A DNA stretch of 63,929 bases, counting the filler, from Chlamydiia bacterium (GTDB lineage: Bacteria > Chlamydiota > Chlamydiia > Chlamydiales > FEN-1388), in assembly GCA_903848235.1 (NCBI GenBank). It is 13 parts of 13 records of this genome, joined end to end, with 100 filler letters (N's around TTAATTAATTAA, not from the genome) between each part and the next. Parts side by side here need not be neighbours in the genome. Positions count along the whole stretch, not along the records: positions 40,023 to 43,151 come from CAINFV010000248.1; positions 43,252 to 46,351 come from CAINFV010000249.1; positions 46,452 to 47,982 come from CAINFV010000250.1; positions 48,083 to 50,348 come from CAINFV010000251.1; 9 more parts are not named here. One strand, given 5' to 3'. Both the position numbers and the translations under genes were made by a program. The stretch's first letter is position 1, and each line of letters begins with the position of its first letter. The notes beneath the pieces were generated by a model, which saw nothing but the letters and a program-made list of their open reading frames with translations, made no database searches and had not been told where the DNA came from. Below are positions 41,778-50,448 of this stretch, piece after piece.

Positions 41778-42199
41778 TCGACACTAATATCATCATCTCT
41801 TTTCTATTCCCAACAGATAAATCAGAGAGGGCCAGAGAGATCCTTGAAATATCGAAAGATCCGATCATCACCATAAGTATCTTAGAAGAAGCGGCATATA
41901 TCGGCCTTTCACTCATCTATGGTTGCCACGGATTTAAGTTAAGAGATCAACTGAAAAAGGAGCTTAAAGAGACAGCCAGGATCTTTCTTGAGCGGCTAAA
42001 ATCTTTTTTAGTCGAATTCAGGATTACGCTTTTGTCAATGCCCGAGGACCCAGAACTTCTTTTGGAATCAGTTGCAACTTACAGATTGCTTCCCAATGAT
42101 GCAGTTATCGTCGCTACCTGCCAATATTACGGGATAAAGAAAATAGCCACATTTGATAGCGATTTCAATAGAGTTTCGTCTCTAGATGTAATTCAATAA
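41765..42199 (+). CDS. vapC: PIN-domain (VapC) toxin, probable CTG start; absent from the ORF track
   Basis: Manual translation (M)AILIDTNIII...ISILEEA...LLPNDAVIVATC...IATFDSDF; GGAGG upstream of CTG. Confidence 0.85.
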   Translation: MAILIDTNIIISFLFPTDKSERAREILEISKDPIITISILEEAAYIGLSLIYGCHGFKLRDQLKKELKETARIFLERLKSFLVEFRITLLSMPEDPELLLESVATYRLLPNDAVIVATCQYYGIKKIATFDSDFNRVSSLDVIQ

Positions 42200-42512
42200 C
42201 TGCCCCAGGAGTTACGATTTTAACCACAAAGGAACAAAGACACGAAGAACAAACTGAACCAAATGTCCTCGGCATATTATACATACTACGAACGAACTCC
42301 CACCACAGAGACACAGAGTTCACAGAGAACGCACAGAGACTACTAAAAAAAAATAATAAATTTTATGACTTGAAATTTACCCCAGATTCTCTTTGTGCAC
42401 GTTTGCCCCATAGTGGCCATCCGTAGAACGGGGTTATAATAATCATATCTATAATTCCGACATATAGCATGCGTGCGAGCCCAACTTTAAATTTTTGTTT
42501 TTTTTCTCTGTG

Positions 42513-42721
42513 CGTCCTCCGTGCGCTCTGTGTCTCTGTGGTGGCCGTCCGTAACCCAAGAGGTTTGGCTATCAGCTCTATCAGGATCCAGCTTAACCGG
42601 GATTGCACTCCACTCACCTCCGGACCGCAGTTGGCGGGCTTGCCGGCATTGGAGGCCGGGAGAAGGCGGGTGGATTTCGGGCGCTGGGGGCTGCAGGGTT
42701 GCCACTATTGAAGATGGTAGT
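42513..42721. repeat. About 210-nt structured direct repeat, copy 2
   Basis: Homologous to 41071-41281. Confidence 0.8.
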
Positions 42722-43539
42722 TCATCGGTCGAAACCTTTTTAAATCCTTATAAGAATCGTGAACTAGGGACAGAATTAAGAAACCAAAATCAGGAAAATT
42801 ATGGCCATTTGAAGGCTATATCGGCCATTATCTGAATTGAGGCTATGATAAGAGGGGATGGCTGGATAGCCGTAGCTTTATATGTTCTATTTTAAATATA
42901 ACTATTATTATCTCTCCTGAGGGCAGAGAGTACAAGCATGCATGAGCCCGAGAGATTAACCCCTGTGGTTCACGATTTTCACCACAAAGCGCACGAAGCT
43001 CACAAAGAACGCACAAAGACGATTAGACCAATTCATGGAGACTCAGGTCTAATTACAAGCTACGATTACAAACCACAGAGGCACAGAGTTCACAGAGACG
43101 CTCAGCCTTCCTTATATCTCATTCCAGCATCACAAAAAGCTCAGCAAATTGNNNNNNNNNNNNNNNNNNNNNNNNNNNNNNNNNNNNNNNNNNNNTTAAT
43201 TAATTAANNNNNNNNNNNNNNNNNNNNNNNNNNNNNNNNNNNNNNNNNNNNCCCAGTAGTCCCTCTCAATGTCATGCTTGCTAATGCTATTCATATGACC
43301 AGGCAGCTTCCCTGTGAGAAGCAGACGAGCGGAATCCTCCAAAAGCTCCGTATGCGGGGCGACTGCGTTATAGACGACTATCCAGCCTGCCTCATCGCTA
43401 TCAACGCCACAGAGAGTCAATAAGAGCCCTTAAAACCCAATCTATGGCGTCAAATCTCGTTCAATGAAGGCTTTTGCAAAACTAGCGGCTGCGATATGCG
43501 AAGCGCCGGCGACAAAGGGAGCGTTTATCTCGACGAAGC

Positions 43540-43603
43540 ATCGAGTAGGGGGGAGCCTCACGGCTCCCGTCCTCTCACACCACCGTACGTACGGAACCTT
43601 ATA
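43540..43603 (-). ncRNA. Group II intron 3' remnant (partial domain V plus domain VI, class C-like)
   Basis: Minus strand TATAAGGTTCCGTACGTACGGTGGTGTGAGAGGACGGGAGCCGTGAGGCTCCCCCCTACTCGAT, ending in the canonical ...CTACYCGAY. Confidence 0.85.
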
Positions 43604-43691
43604 CCTGACTTTGACAGTTTGAGCACCCCTCTTCTCTAAACAGCTTGCGTAGAGTTCTTTATACAATCAAATGTTGTGCATGGAAAATACA

Positions 43692-43720
43692 TTGACTCAT
43701 AGGAAGAAATGAGTTATAAA
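43692..43720 (+). promoter_or_regulatory. sigma70/66-type promoter of the IS1634 transposase, possibly leaderless
   Basis: TTGACT-17 nt-TATAAA, ATG 7 nt downstream, no SD. Confidence 0.5.
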
Positions 43721-43727
43721 GTCGTGC

Positions 43728-45368
43728 ATGTACATACGACTAAAGACCTCTAAAAAGGCAAAACACCCTACCTTGCAGATTGTCGAGGGGGTTCGTAAGG
43801 GCGACAAGGTGAGACAACGTACCGTTGCGCACCTCGGTGTCATCAAAAATAAGCAGGATCTGGAACGCCTTAAGGATCTTGCCGACAAGCTTATTCAGAG
43901 ACTTGAGAAAGAGGGGCTTCAGCTTGACCCCAAGGTCGAAGTTAGAAAACTTCGACATAAACAAACGGTTTATGACGGCTTCAGAATCGTCCTGGATAAG
44001 TTGATGGACCTAACCGGTTTATCCGACATCGTCCGATCGGCCCAGGGAAGGCATCGGCTTGATATCGAGGAAGCAATCAAGCTCATTCTGGTTCAAAGAC
44101 TCGATCTTCCCAGCAGCAAGCTGCGTACTTTCGCGAGGCAAGAAGAACACGGGTTCTCCGGGATAGACCTACAGCACGTTTACAGGGCCATGGATGCCAT
44201 CGAGCCTCTTGGAGACGAAATACAAAAACAGGCATTTATTGCCGCTCAGAGAGCTTCCGAAAAACAAGTCGATTGTATTTTTTTCGACGTTACTACTCTC
44301 TTTTTTGAAAGTACAATTCAGGATGAAATAAGAGAGTTTGGTTTCAGTAAGGACCAAAAACATCACCAGGTTCAAATTGTTCTCGCTCTTGTTGTTGATT
44401 CGGATGGACTGCCCATTGCCTATGATGTTTTCAAGGGAAATCTAGCCGAAACGAAAACGCTTATTCCTGTCTTGAAGGCATTAAAGAGTCGCTTTTCTAT
44501 CGAGAACGTTACCGTAATCTGCGACAGGGGGATGGCAAGCAGGGCAAATGTTGAGGCACTTCAAGGAGCCGCGTTTCAATTTGTTATTGCCACTAAGCTG
44601 AGAGGCATGTCCAAGTCCTTAAAAATAAACGACCTTTCGACCTATTCAGCCCTGTATCAGCAAGACCCTCCCGAAGAAAATGACAAGATCCTAGTTCGTA
44701 CGATGGCTCATCCACAATACGAAGATACGCTGCTGATCGCTACCCATTCCTCCGCAAGGGCCAGGAAGGACAAAGAAGACAGAGACCGGTTAATCGAAAA
44801 GCTCAGAAAAAAGCTTTCCGGAAATGACGGCGAGGCATCAATTAAGAAAATAATCAGCAACTCTGGCTACAAAAAATACACGGATGTCAAAGGAGGGTCT
44901 GCAGTCATAATCGACGAGGAGGCCATCAAAGAGGATGCTCTTTGGGACGGATTCCATGGAATCGCCGTCTCCAATGGTTCTAAGATGGGCGTAAAAGAGG
45001 CTCTGTCAAGGTACCGTGATTTATGGCGCGTGGAGGAGGCATTCAGAGTGGCAAAATGCACACTCAAGACTCGACCGATGTTTCACTGGACAGAAGACCG
45101 CATCAAAAGCCACATCCTTCTATGTTTCATGAATTTGTTTCTGGAAAGATTCCTGGAACTACTTCTTCGTAAGAATCAGACAACTCTGACGCCTGATCGA
45201 ATTCGGCATGCCATAGCCCAAATCCACACGACTATCTTCGATGATGGTTCTGAGGAAAGTGAGGGTAAGATGTCTTCAGCGCTTACAAAAGATGCAGAGC
45301 AAATCTTTCGGGTCCTGGGGATCCCAACAGAGAGACGTACCGTGATGGAGCCCAAATGTTGTGCCTGA
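43728..45368 (+). CDS. IS1634-family DDE transposase
   Basis: MYIR..., FFDVTTLFFE, FGFSKD, GLPIAY..FKGN..E, ICDRGM, YRDLWRVEEAFRV.K..L..RP.FHW. Confidence 0.92.
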   Translation: MYIRLKTSKKAKHPTLQIVEGVRKGDKVRQRTVAHLGVIKNKQDLERLKDLADKLIQRLEKEGLQLDPKVEVRKLRHKQTVYDGFRIVLDKLMDLTGLSDIVRSAQGRHRLDIEEAIKLILVQRLDLPSSKLRTFARQEEHGFSGIDLQHVYRAMDAIEPLGDEIQKQAFIAAQRASEKQVDCIFFDVTTLFFESTIQDEIREFGFSKDQKHHQVQIVLALVVDSDGLPIAYDVFKGNLAETKTLIPVLKALKSRFSIENVTVICDRGMASRANVEALQGAAFQFVIATKLRGMSKSLKINDLSTYSALYQQDPPEENDKILVRTMAHPQYEDTLLIATHSSARARKDKEDRDRLIEKLRKKLSGNDGEASIKKIISNSGYKKYTDVKGGSAVIIDEEAIKEDALWDGFHGIAVSNGSKMGVKEALSRYRDLWRVEEAFRVAKCTLKTRPMFHWTEDRIKSHILLCFMNLFLERFLELLLRKNQTTLTPDRIRHAIAQIHTTIFDDGSEESEGKMSSALTKDAEQIFRVLGIPTERRTVMEPKCCA

Positions 45369-45711
45369 ATTTTTCTTTCGTAACTTACTTAGCGCGAGTG
45401 AGATAACGCCCAAACTGTCAAAGTCGGGACCAAATATGTGGCATCTGGCGGTAGTTTAGCCTGGCGCCTCAATAATCCTGGGTTCGTGCGAAGTCATAGT
45501 CTTTTTTCTCGAAGCAGAAGTTCAGTAGGGAATTGTGGTAACTATGCAATTTTTTCTGACCCACAGCAGTGTTGATTCAAAAGAGATAAAATCCTTTGGA
45601 TCCCTTTCGACTAATGGAGGTATGGTTCCTCTGATAGTACTGTGATTACATTGGCGTTAGAATTGCTGTGGTGATATAACATATGTTCTATCAAAGACAG
45701 GACAAAATATC

Positions 45712-45969
45712 ATGTCGTTCAAAGATAGTCTCTCTACCCAGATTCGGACCTTCAGACTATCTCTGAAGCTGACTCAGGAGCAGTTTGCTTCACAATTGGG
45801 CGTCACATTTGCGACCGTAAATCGATGGGAAAGAGGTAAAACGATACCCTCGCCGCTTGCGCGCCAACATCTACAAAAAATGCAAAACGATCTCCAGAGC
45901 GGAACACAGAACAGTCCAGCATCAAAGAAGGCCGTAAAATCGACGTATCAAGAGGTAGACATCAAGTGA
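45712..45969 (+). CDS. XRE-family HTH regulator
   Basis: LKLTQEQFASQLGVTFATVNRWERGK..PS. Confidence 0.85.
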   Translation: MSFKDSLSTQIRTFRLSLKLTQEQFASQLGVTFATVNRWERGKTIPSPLARQHLQKMQNDLQSGTQNSPASKKAVKSTYQEVDIK

Positions 45970-46233
45970 GCAGCTTACCTATTAACATAGAAGAACTTCT
46001 CTCTGGCCACGTGATTGAATGGGAACGGCTCGAATTCAAAGAAGGCTGGAACGACGAGAGCTCCCTTCATTCTATCTGTGCATTCGCCAACGATTTCAAC
46101 AACTGGGGCGGGGGATATATCATCATCGGTGTCGAAGCCAAGGACGGCATCCCCACCCTGCCTCCAAAAGGTCTTCAACCCAACCAAATCGACCCTATTC
46201 AAAAGAAGATCCTTGAAATTGGCCATCGAATTC
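45966..46233 (+). pseudogene. AlbA_2/Schlafen-like domain protein, truncated by the element end
   Basis: IEWERLEFKEGW...ICAFAND.NN.GGGYIIIGV; the stop codon comes from the element. Confidence 0.75.
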
Positions 46234-46351
46234 GCCGCTTCTAAAAATCTGGACAATTGTGGACATATAGCCCTTTCAGGCCATTGTGAACGGTTGTCTA
46301 GATACGACAGCCTAGCAGCTCTGCTGTCGATTCGCGTGGAGGCGTCTCACC
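46234..46351. mobile_element. End of the repeated mobile element (copy C)
   Basis: Matches copies at 1-118 and 27366-27483. Confidence 0.75.
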
Positions 46352-46452
46352 NNNNNNNNNNNNNNNNNNNNNNNNNNNNNNNNNNNNNNNNNNNNTTAAT
46401 TAATTAANNNNNNNNNNNNNNNNNNNNNNNNNNNNNNNNNNNNNNNNNNNNA

Positions 46453-46602
46453 CAATCCAGAGTTAGACTGCTCGACTCTCTTCACCACCCGTCTGCTGCC
46501 TTGAAGATGTTGCTTCGCGAGCTTTTTTCAAGGATTCCATCTGAGCGGCCGACGGCATTACAAGCGTTTGACCGACTGAGAATGATTCTGAGTGAGTGGT
46601 AA
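46453..46602 (+). CDS. C-terminal fragment of a probable Ser/Thr kinase
   Basis: Manual translation ...LKMLLRELFSRIPSERPTALQAFDRL...* resembles kinase subdomain XI. Confidence 0.45.
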   Translation, partial: QSRVRLLDSLHHPSAALKMLLRELFSRIPSERPTALQAFDRLRMILSEW

Positions 46603-46610
46603 TCGCTCAG

Positions 46611-47678
46611 CTACGTTGTCACCTCGATGGCCTGTGGAATATAGAGCGCTATGATGCCTCCACGGGAGATGATGATCCGTGCTACCTGAAGAAATACTTC
46701 GTCGCGCAGGCTATAAAACTCCTGAAGAGTATTGGCTTTGGTTAGCCCAGTAAGGACAAGTGTTGAAATCGGACCGATGCACTCAATTCGTGCACCCGAC
46801 CATTCGGCGGGATCAAAGCTTGGATTAGACGAGAAAAAGGCCTTGATATCCTGGATGATCAAGGAAAGGGAGTCAAGGGATGTGACTCTGACCTGAATTT
46901 TTTCGTTCAACAGGCGATGGGTGATGCGCGTTTGATTGATGAGCAGAGTTTTGGTGAAGAGCGCGTTGGGGGCGAAGACAGCTGTTTTTGACGGGGGGCG
47001 AATACGCGTTTGGTACCAGCCAACCTCTTCTACAGAGCCTTCTATATTCAGCGAGGGTATCTGAATGTACTCGCCGATTTGAAATGGGTGGGTTAGATGG
47101 ATCATAAGCCCGCCAAAAAAATTTGACACGATTTCTTGTGATGCTATGGCCAGGGCGAGTCCGCCGACACCACCGAAGGCAAGAACGGTTGAGAGACTCA
47201 ATCCTGTGAAATCATTGAGAAGAATTAGAACAATAATTCCAATCACGATGGTTCCAACTTTTGACAATCCTTGTACTGAGGACACCTCCATGGGGCGTCC
47301 TTCCAAAGCCCTCTGTTCCATCATGCGTTTCAAGATCCGATCTTTCAGGCGAAGCAAAAACCATCCGAGGAATAGCAAGCGGCCGCCGTTGGTTATAGCA
47401 ACCCAAAATCCCTGCGTGTTCTCGGAGAGCCAATCTTCTGTGAGGAGATCGATGGTATACAGTGCGACAAAGTACCAGACGACGCAAAAGGCAGGGAGAC
47501 GGACCGCGTCAGCAAACAGGTCAAAAGAGGGGGAGTCGTATTTTTTTGAAAAATAGCCTAGCCCGACGGCAAGGAACTTGGTGAATAACAGGCCAAAAAT
47601 AATAAAACCAACCTGCCAGGCAATCCACTGGGATTCGTTGTCCCAAAAAGAGAAAAAGTTCAAAATGGCATGCAACAT
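46611..47678 (-). CDS. MscS-family mechanosensitive channel
   Basis: GGVGGLALAIASQEIVSNFFGG, PFQIGEYI, EGSVEEVGWYQT, PNALF. Confidence 0.92.
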   Translation of the reverse strand: MLHAILNFFSFWDNESQWIAWQVGFIIFGLLFTKFLAVGLGYFSKKYDSPSFDLFADAVRLPAFCVVWYFVALYTIDLLTEDWLSENTQGFWVAITNGGRLLFLGWFLLRLKDRILKRMMEQRALEGRPMEVSSVQGLSKVGTIVIGIIVLILLNDFTGLSLSTVLAFGGVGGLALAIASQEIVSNFFGGLMIHLTHPFQIGEYIQIPSLNIEGSVEEVGWYQTRIRPPSKTAVFAPNALFTKTLLINQTRITHRLLNEKIQVRVTSLDSLSLIIQDIKAFFSSNPSFDPAEWSGARIECIGPISTLVLTGLTKANTLQEFYSLRDEVFLQVARIIISRGGIIALYIPQAIEVTT

Positions 47679-48082
47679 AAGTTCTCAATCCAAATAAATA
47701 ATGGCGCGGCTTTTTAGGCGGAGGCTAAGCCTCCAATTTATACATTTTCTTGAACAAGTCCAGGTATATTAACAGCGTATCCCAGATGGATCTTTTTCGT
47801 CCTGACTAGTGTCAAGAAAAGACCACAAACTCTCTCTTTTGAGACGTGAAGAGGTGTGTCGCGGCTACTTGTTTTTTCGTGGTAAATGTGTTAAACTGGG
47901 CTTTAGCATTTTTGGGGCGCCGATTTCGCATTCGTTCTCTCTCAGACTTCTTGCATTTATCATAGATGGTCTAACCCAGGACNNNNNNNNNNNNNNNNNN
48001 NNNNNNNNNNNNNNNNNNNNNNNNNNTTAATTAATTAANNNNNNNNNNNNNNNNNNNNNNNNNNNNNNNNNNNNNNNNNNNN

Positions 48083-48430
48083 ATGTTCGCCGAAGATGGA
48101 AACATTCACAAGACCTTTAATACCGCTATATTTCATTCTCTCTCTGATTACGGATATTCTTGGGAACAAGACTACGCTGAAGACCCGATTTTAGTTCCGA
48201 CACGTACTGCTCCGGAATCAGTGCAAAATATTTTCATCAAGGCTCGCTCTTCTTTCAACCCTCACTATAATTGCAAGGAAATTTTTAAAATAATCCGTTA
48301 CGCAAAGAAATTAGCCACAACAACACCTTTTTCTTCTGATAATACGACCATTTGTGCCGTCGGCGTATTACTTGAGAAAATTATTACATTTTTATCAACC
48401 CTCGATCTCGGAGAACCTTCCTCCGTATAG
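48083..48430 (+). CDS. Hypothetical protein, 5' partial
   Basis: ORF open from the contig edge. Confidence 0.4.
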   Translation: MFAEDGNIHKTFNTAIFHSLSDYGYSWEQDYAEDPILVPTRTAPESVQNIFIKARSSFNPHYNCKEIFKIIRYAKKLATTTPFSSDNTTICAVGVLLEKIITFLSTLDLGEPSSV

Positions 48431-48698
48431 TGAACGTCAACCTTTCTTCACGCACCTATCCGCATGCATGACAGGCGCGAGTCGTTCCCTTCTCATCGAA
48501 TTTGATACAGACTTTCCAGATTTTTTGGCTGTCCATAGGAGAACCTCTTTAAACCGTCCGATGAGGGATCGATTGTTCATGCCTCGCCTCTCATAGCTGT
48601 GGTTATGCCATTGCCATGGGGGGGGCATAATCTCCTATTGCGATACAGTCATACTTTCGGCACAGGGCGTGAGCCACAGTCCCTAATTCCTACGCCCA

Positions 48699-50348
48699 CT
48701 ATTTTTTAGCTGCATTCAACGGCTCTTCCCAAAATTGTCTTGTAGCATCGTACAGGCGTTCTATTTCAGATACATATTTTGCAAGGATAGAGGTGGTATC
48801 GGCCGCTGATGCACGAACTGAGGCAAAAAGCTCATCGAGCCTATTGTAAAAGCGAGTGGCAAACTCTTTTTTACTCTTTATCTCCGCTTCCACAATGACG
48901 GCATGGGGCTTCCTCTTGTAAACAAACTCCTGCCAGGCAGCAAATTGAGCAACAAATTTTTGATGAAACCGTTGGTTCACTATTTCGACACGCGCCTGAA
49001 ATCTGCGATAAGAAGAGGCCTTCTTAATACGACAATCACGCACCCTGCGAAGCAAGGCGTACTCTATACTATCAAGATCAGAAGAACGAAATCCAAACTC
49101 CTCCAAGCCTTGAAGCAAGCTTTCTTCTATCAGAATGATCATTCTGGTAGAACCAGGCTGTCCCTGCCGAGCAGCCCGCCCAAAACCTTGCATTTCGACA
49201 CGATCGTTGTCTGGCATATACCCGAAAATAACGTGCAGCCCACCATGAACGAGGCTTTCTGGTGCCAGCGCAATGTCAGTTCCCCTCCCAGCGGTGTTCG
49301 TCGCAATGGTGACGCTCCCCGGCATCCCTGCCTTGGCAATGAGATAGCTTTCATCCTCCGCCTGACGAGCATTGAGGATCTGCGAATCTATCGAAAGCCT
49401 CTTGAACAAAGACTGCATATTTTCTGATTGTTCAATGGTCTCTAGGAGGATAAGGGTAGGCCTTTGAGCAGCAATCATCTTTGTTATTTCAGCAATGATA
49501 GTCTTCTCGTAATCGCCTCTCGTTCGACAGACGACAGCTTGAAGATCCTGCCGTTGGCTGTTACGATGTGGAGGAATTTTGAAACACCCAACACGATACA
49601 TATCACGAATTTCATCCTCTTCAACCTTTATGCCAATTGTACCGGTCAGGCCATAAATTTTTTTATAGAATGAAAAATAGACTGGATGACACAACGATGA
49701 GATGAGAAGACTCTCTTCATGTGCTGGCAGCTGATGACGAAGTTCTAAAAACTGATGAAGTCCATGTTGCCAACGGCTTTTCTCAGCCAACCGTCCGGTG
49801 TTTCCCTTGTCGACGATTACAATCTCTTTTTTACAAAAACCCTCACCCTCTACAGGCTTAACAACATAGTCTTCATCTTCACGAAAATGAAGCGCTGTAT
49901 AAGCCGAGCCCACCAACATTGTAAGCTTTTGAACACACAGGCCGTCTTTCAGCCCAGCGGACTGTACGGTATCCTCAACACTACTCCACAGATCAGCTAG
50001 GGTAGATTGGTTTTCAAAACCACCTTGGATGAGCTCTTCAATTTGTGCCTGATGCTGCTTTACATATTGAAAAATAGGAGCATATAACACAGGCTCCCCA
50101 TCATTTCCTTGGATTGAAATACGGGCAGAGCTCAATGCGCTATCAATAAATAAATTATCAACCTCGTCGACAATAACAACCTCAAATGGCCTTTGGATAA
50201 CGACTCCATCACGTTCTATCGTTCTCATGGGTTGTTTTTCAAAGTAATCACGCATGACGGCCCATTCTAAATCGAAATTCGTGCTGAAGATAATCTGTCC
50301 GGCAAAATTAACTCTACTCGTTACATCAGCGCAAAGATGTGAGGTGAA
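48699..50348 (-). CDS. Non-canonical SecA-like DEAD ATPase, 5' partial
   Basis: VDEVDNLFID, RWQHGLHQFLE, GLTGT, TIATNTAGRGTDI, GGLHVI, Q..GRAARQGQPGS; short divergent C-terminus. Confidence 0.8.
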   Translation of the reverse strand, partial: FTSHLCADVTSRVNFAGQIIFSTNFDLEWAVMRDYFEKQPMRTIERDGVVIQRPFEVVIVDEVDNLFIDSALSSARISIQGNDGEPVLYAPIFQYVKQHQAQIEELIQGGFENQSTLADLWSSVEDTVQSAGLKDGLCVQKLTMLVGSAYTALHFREDEDYVVKPVEGEGFCKKEIVIVDKGNTGRLAEKSRWQHGLHQFLELRHQLPAHEESLLISSLCHPVYFSFYKKIYGLTGTIGIKVEEDEIRDMYRVGCFKIPPHRNSQRQDLQAVVCRTRGDYEKTIIAEITKMIAAQRPTLILLETIEQSENMQSLFKRLSIDSQILNARQAEDESYLIAKAGMPGSVTIATNTAGRGTDIALAPESLVHGGLHVIFGYMPDNDRVEMQGFGRAARQGQPGSTRMIILIEESLLQGLEEFGFRSSDLDSIEYALLRRVRDCRIKKASSYRRFQARVEIVNQRFHQKFVAQFAAWQEFVYKRKPHAVIVEAEIKSKKEFATRFYNRLDELFASVRASAADTTSILAKYVSEIERLYDATRQFWEEPLNAAKK

Positions 50349-50448
50349 NNNNNNNNNNNNNNNNNNNNNNNNNNNNNNNNNNNNNNNNNNNNTTAATTAA
50401 TTAANNNNNNNNNNNNNNNNNNNNNNNNNNNNNNNNNNNNNNNNNNNN

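Larger units (their letters stand above)
43604..45428 (+). mobile_element. IS1634-family insertion sequence
   Basis: Terminal inverted repeats CCTGACTTTGACAGTTTGAGC / GCCCAAACTGTCAAAGTCGGG flanking the transposase. Confidence 0.88.

Noticed and set aside
43442..43666. 74-aa ORF containing PYVRWCERTG
   Set aside because: Translation of group II intron D5/D6 RNA and the IS end, not a protein
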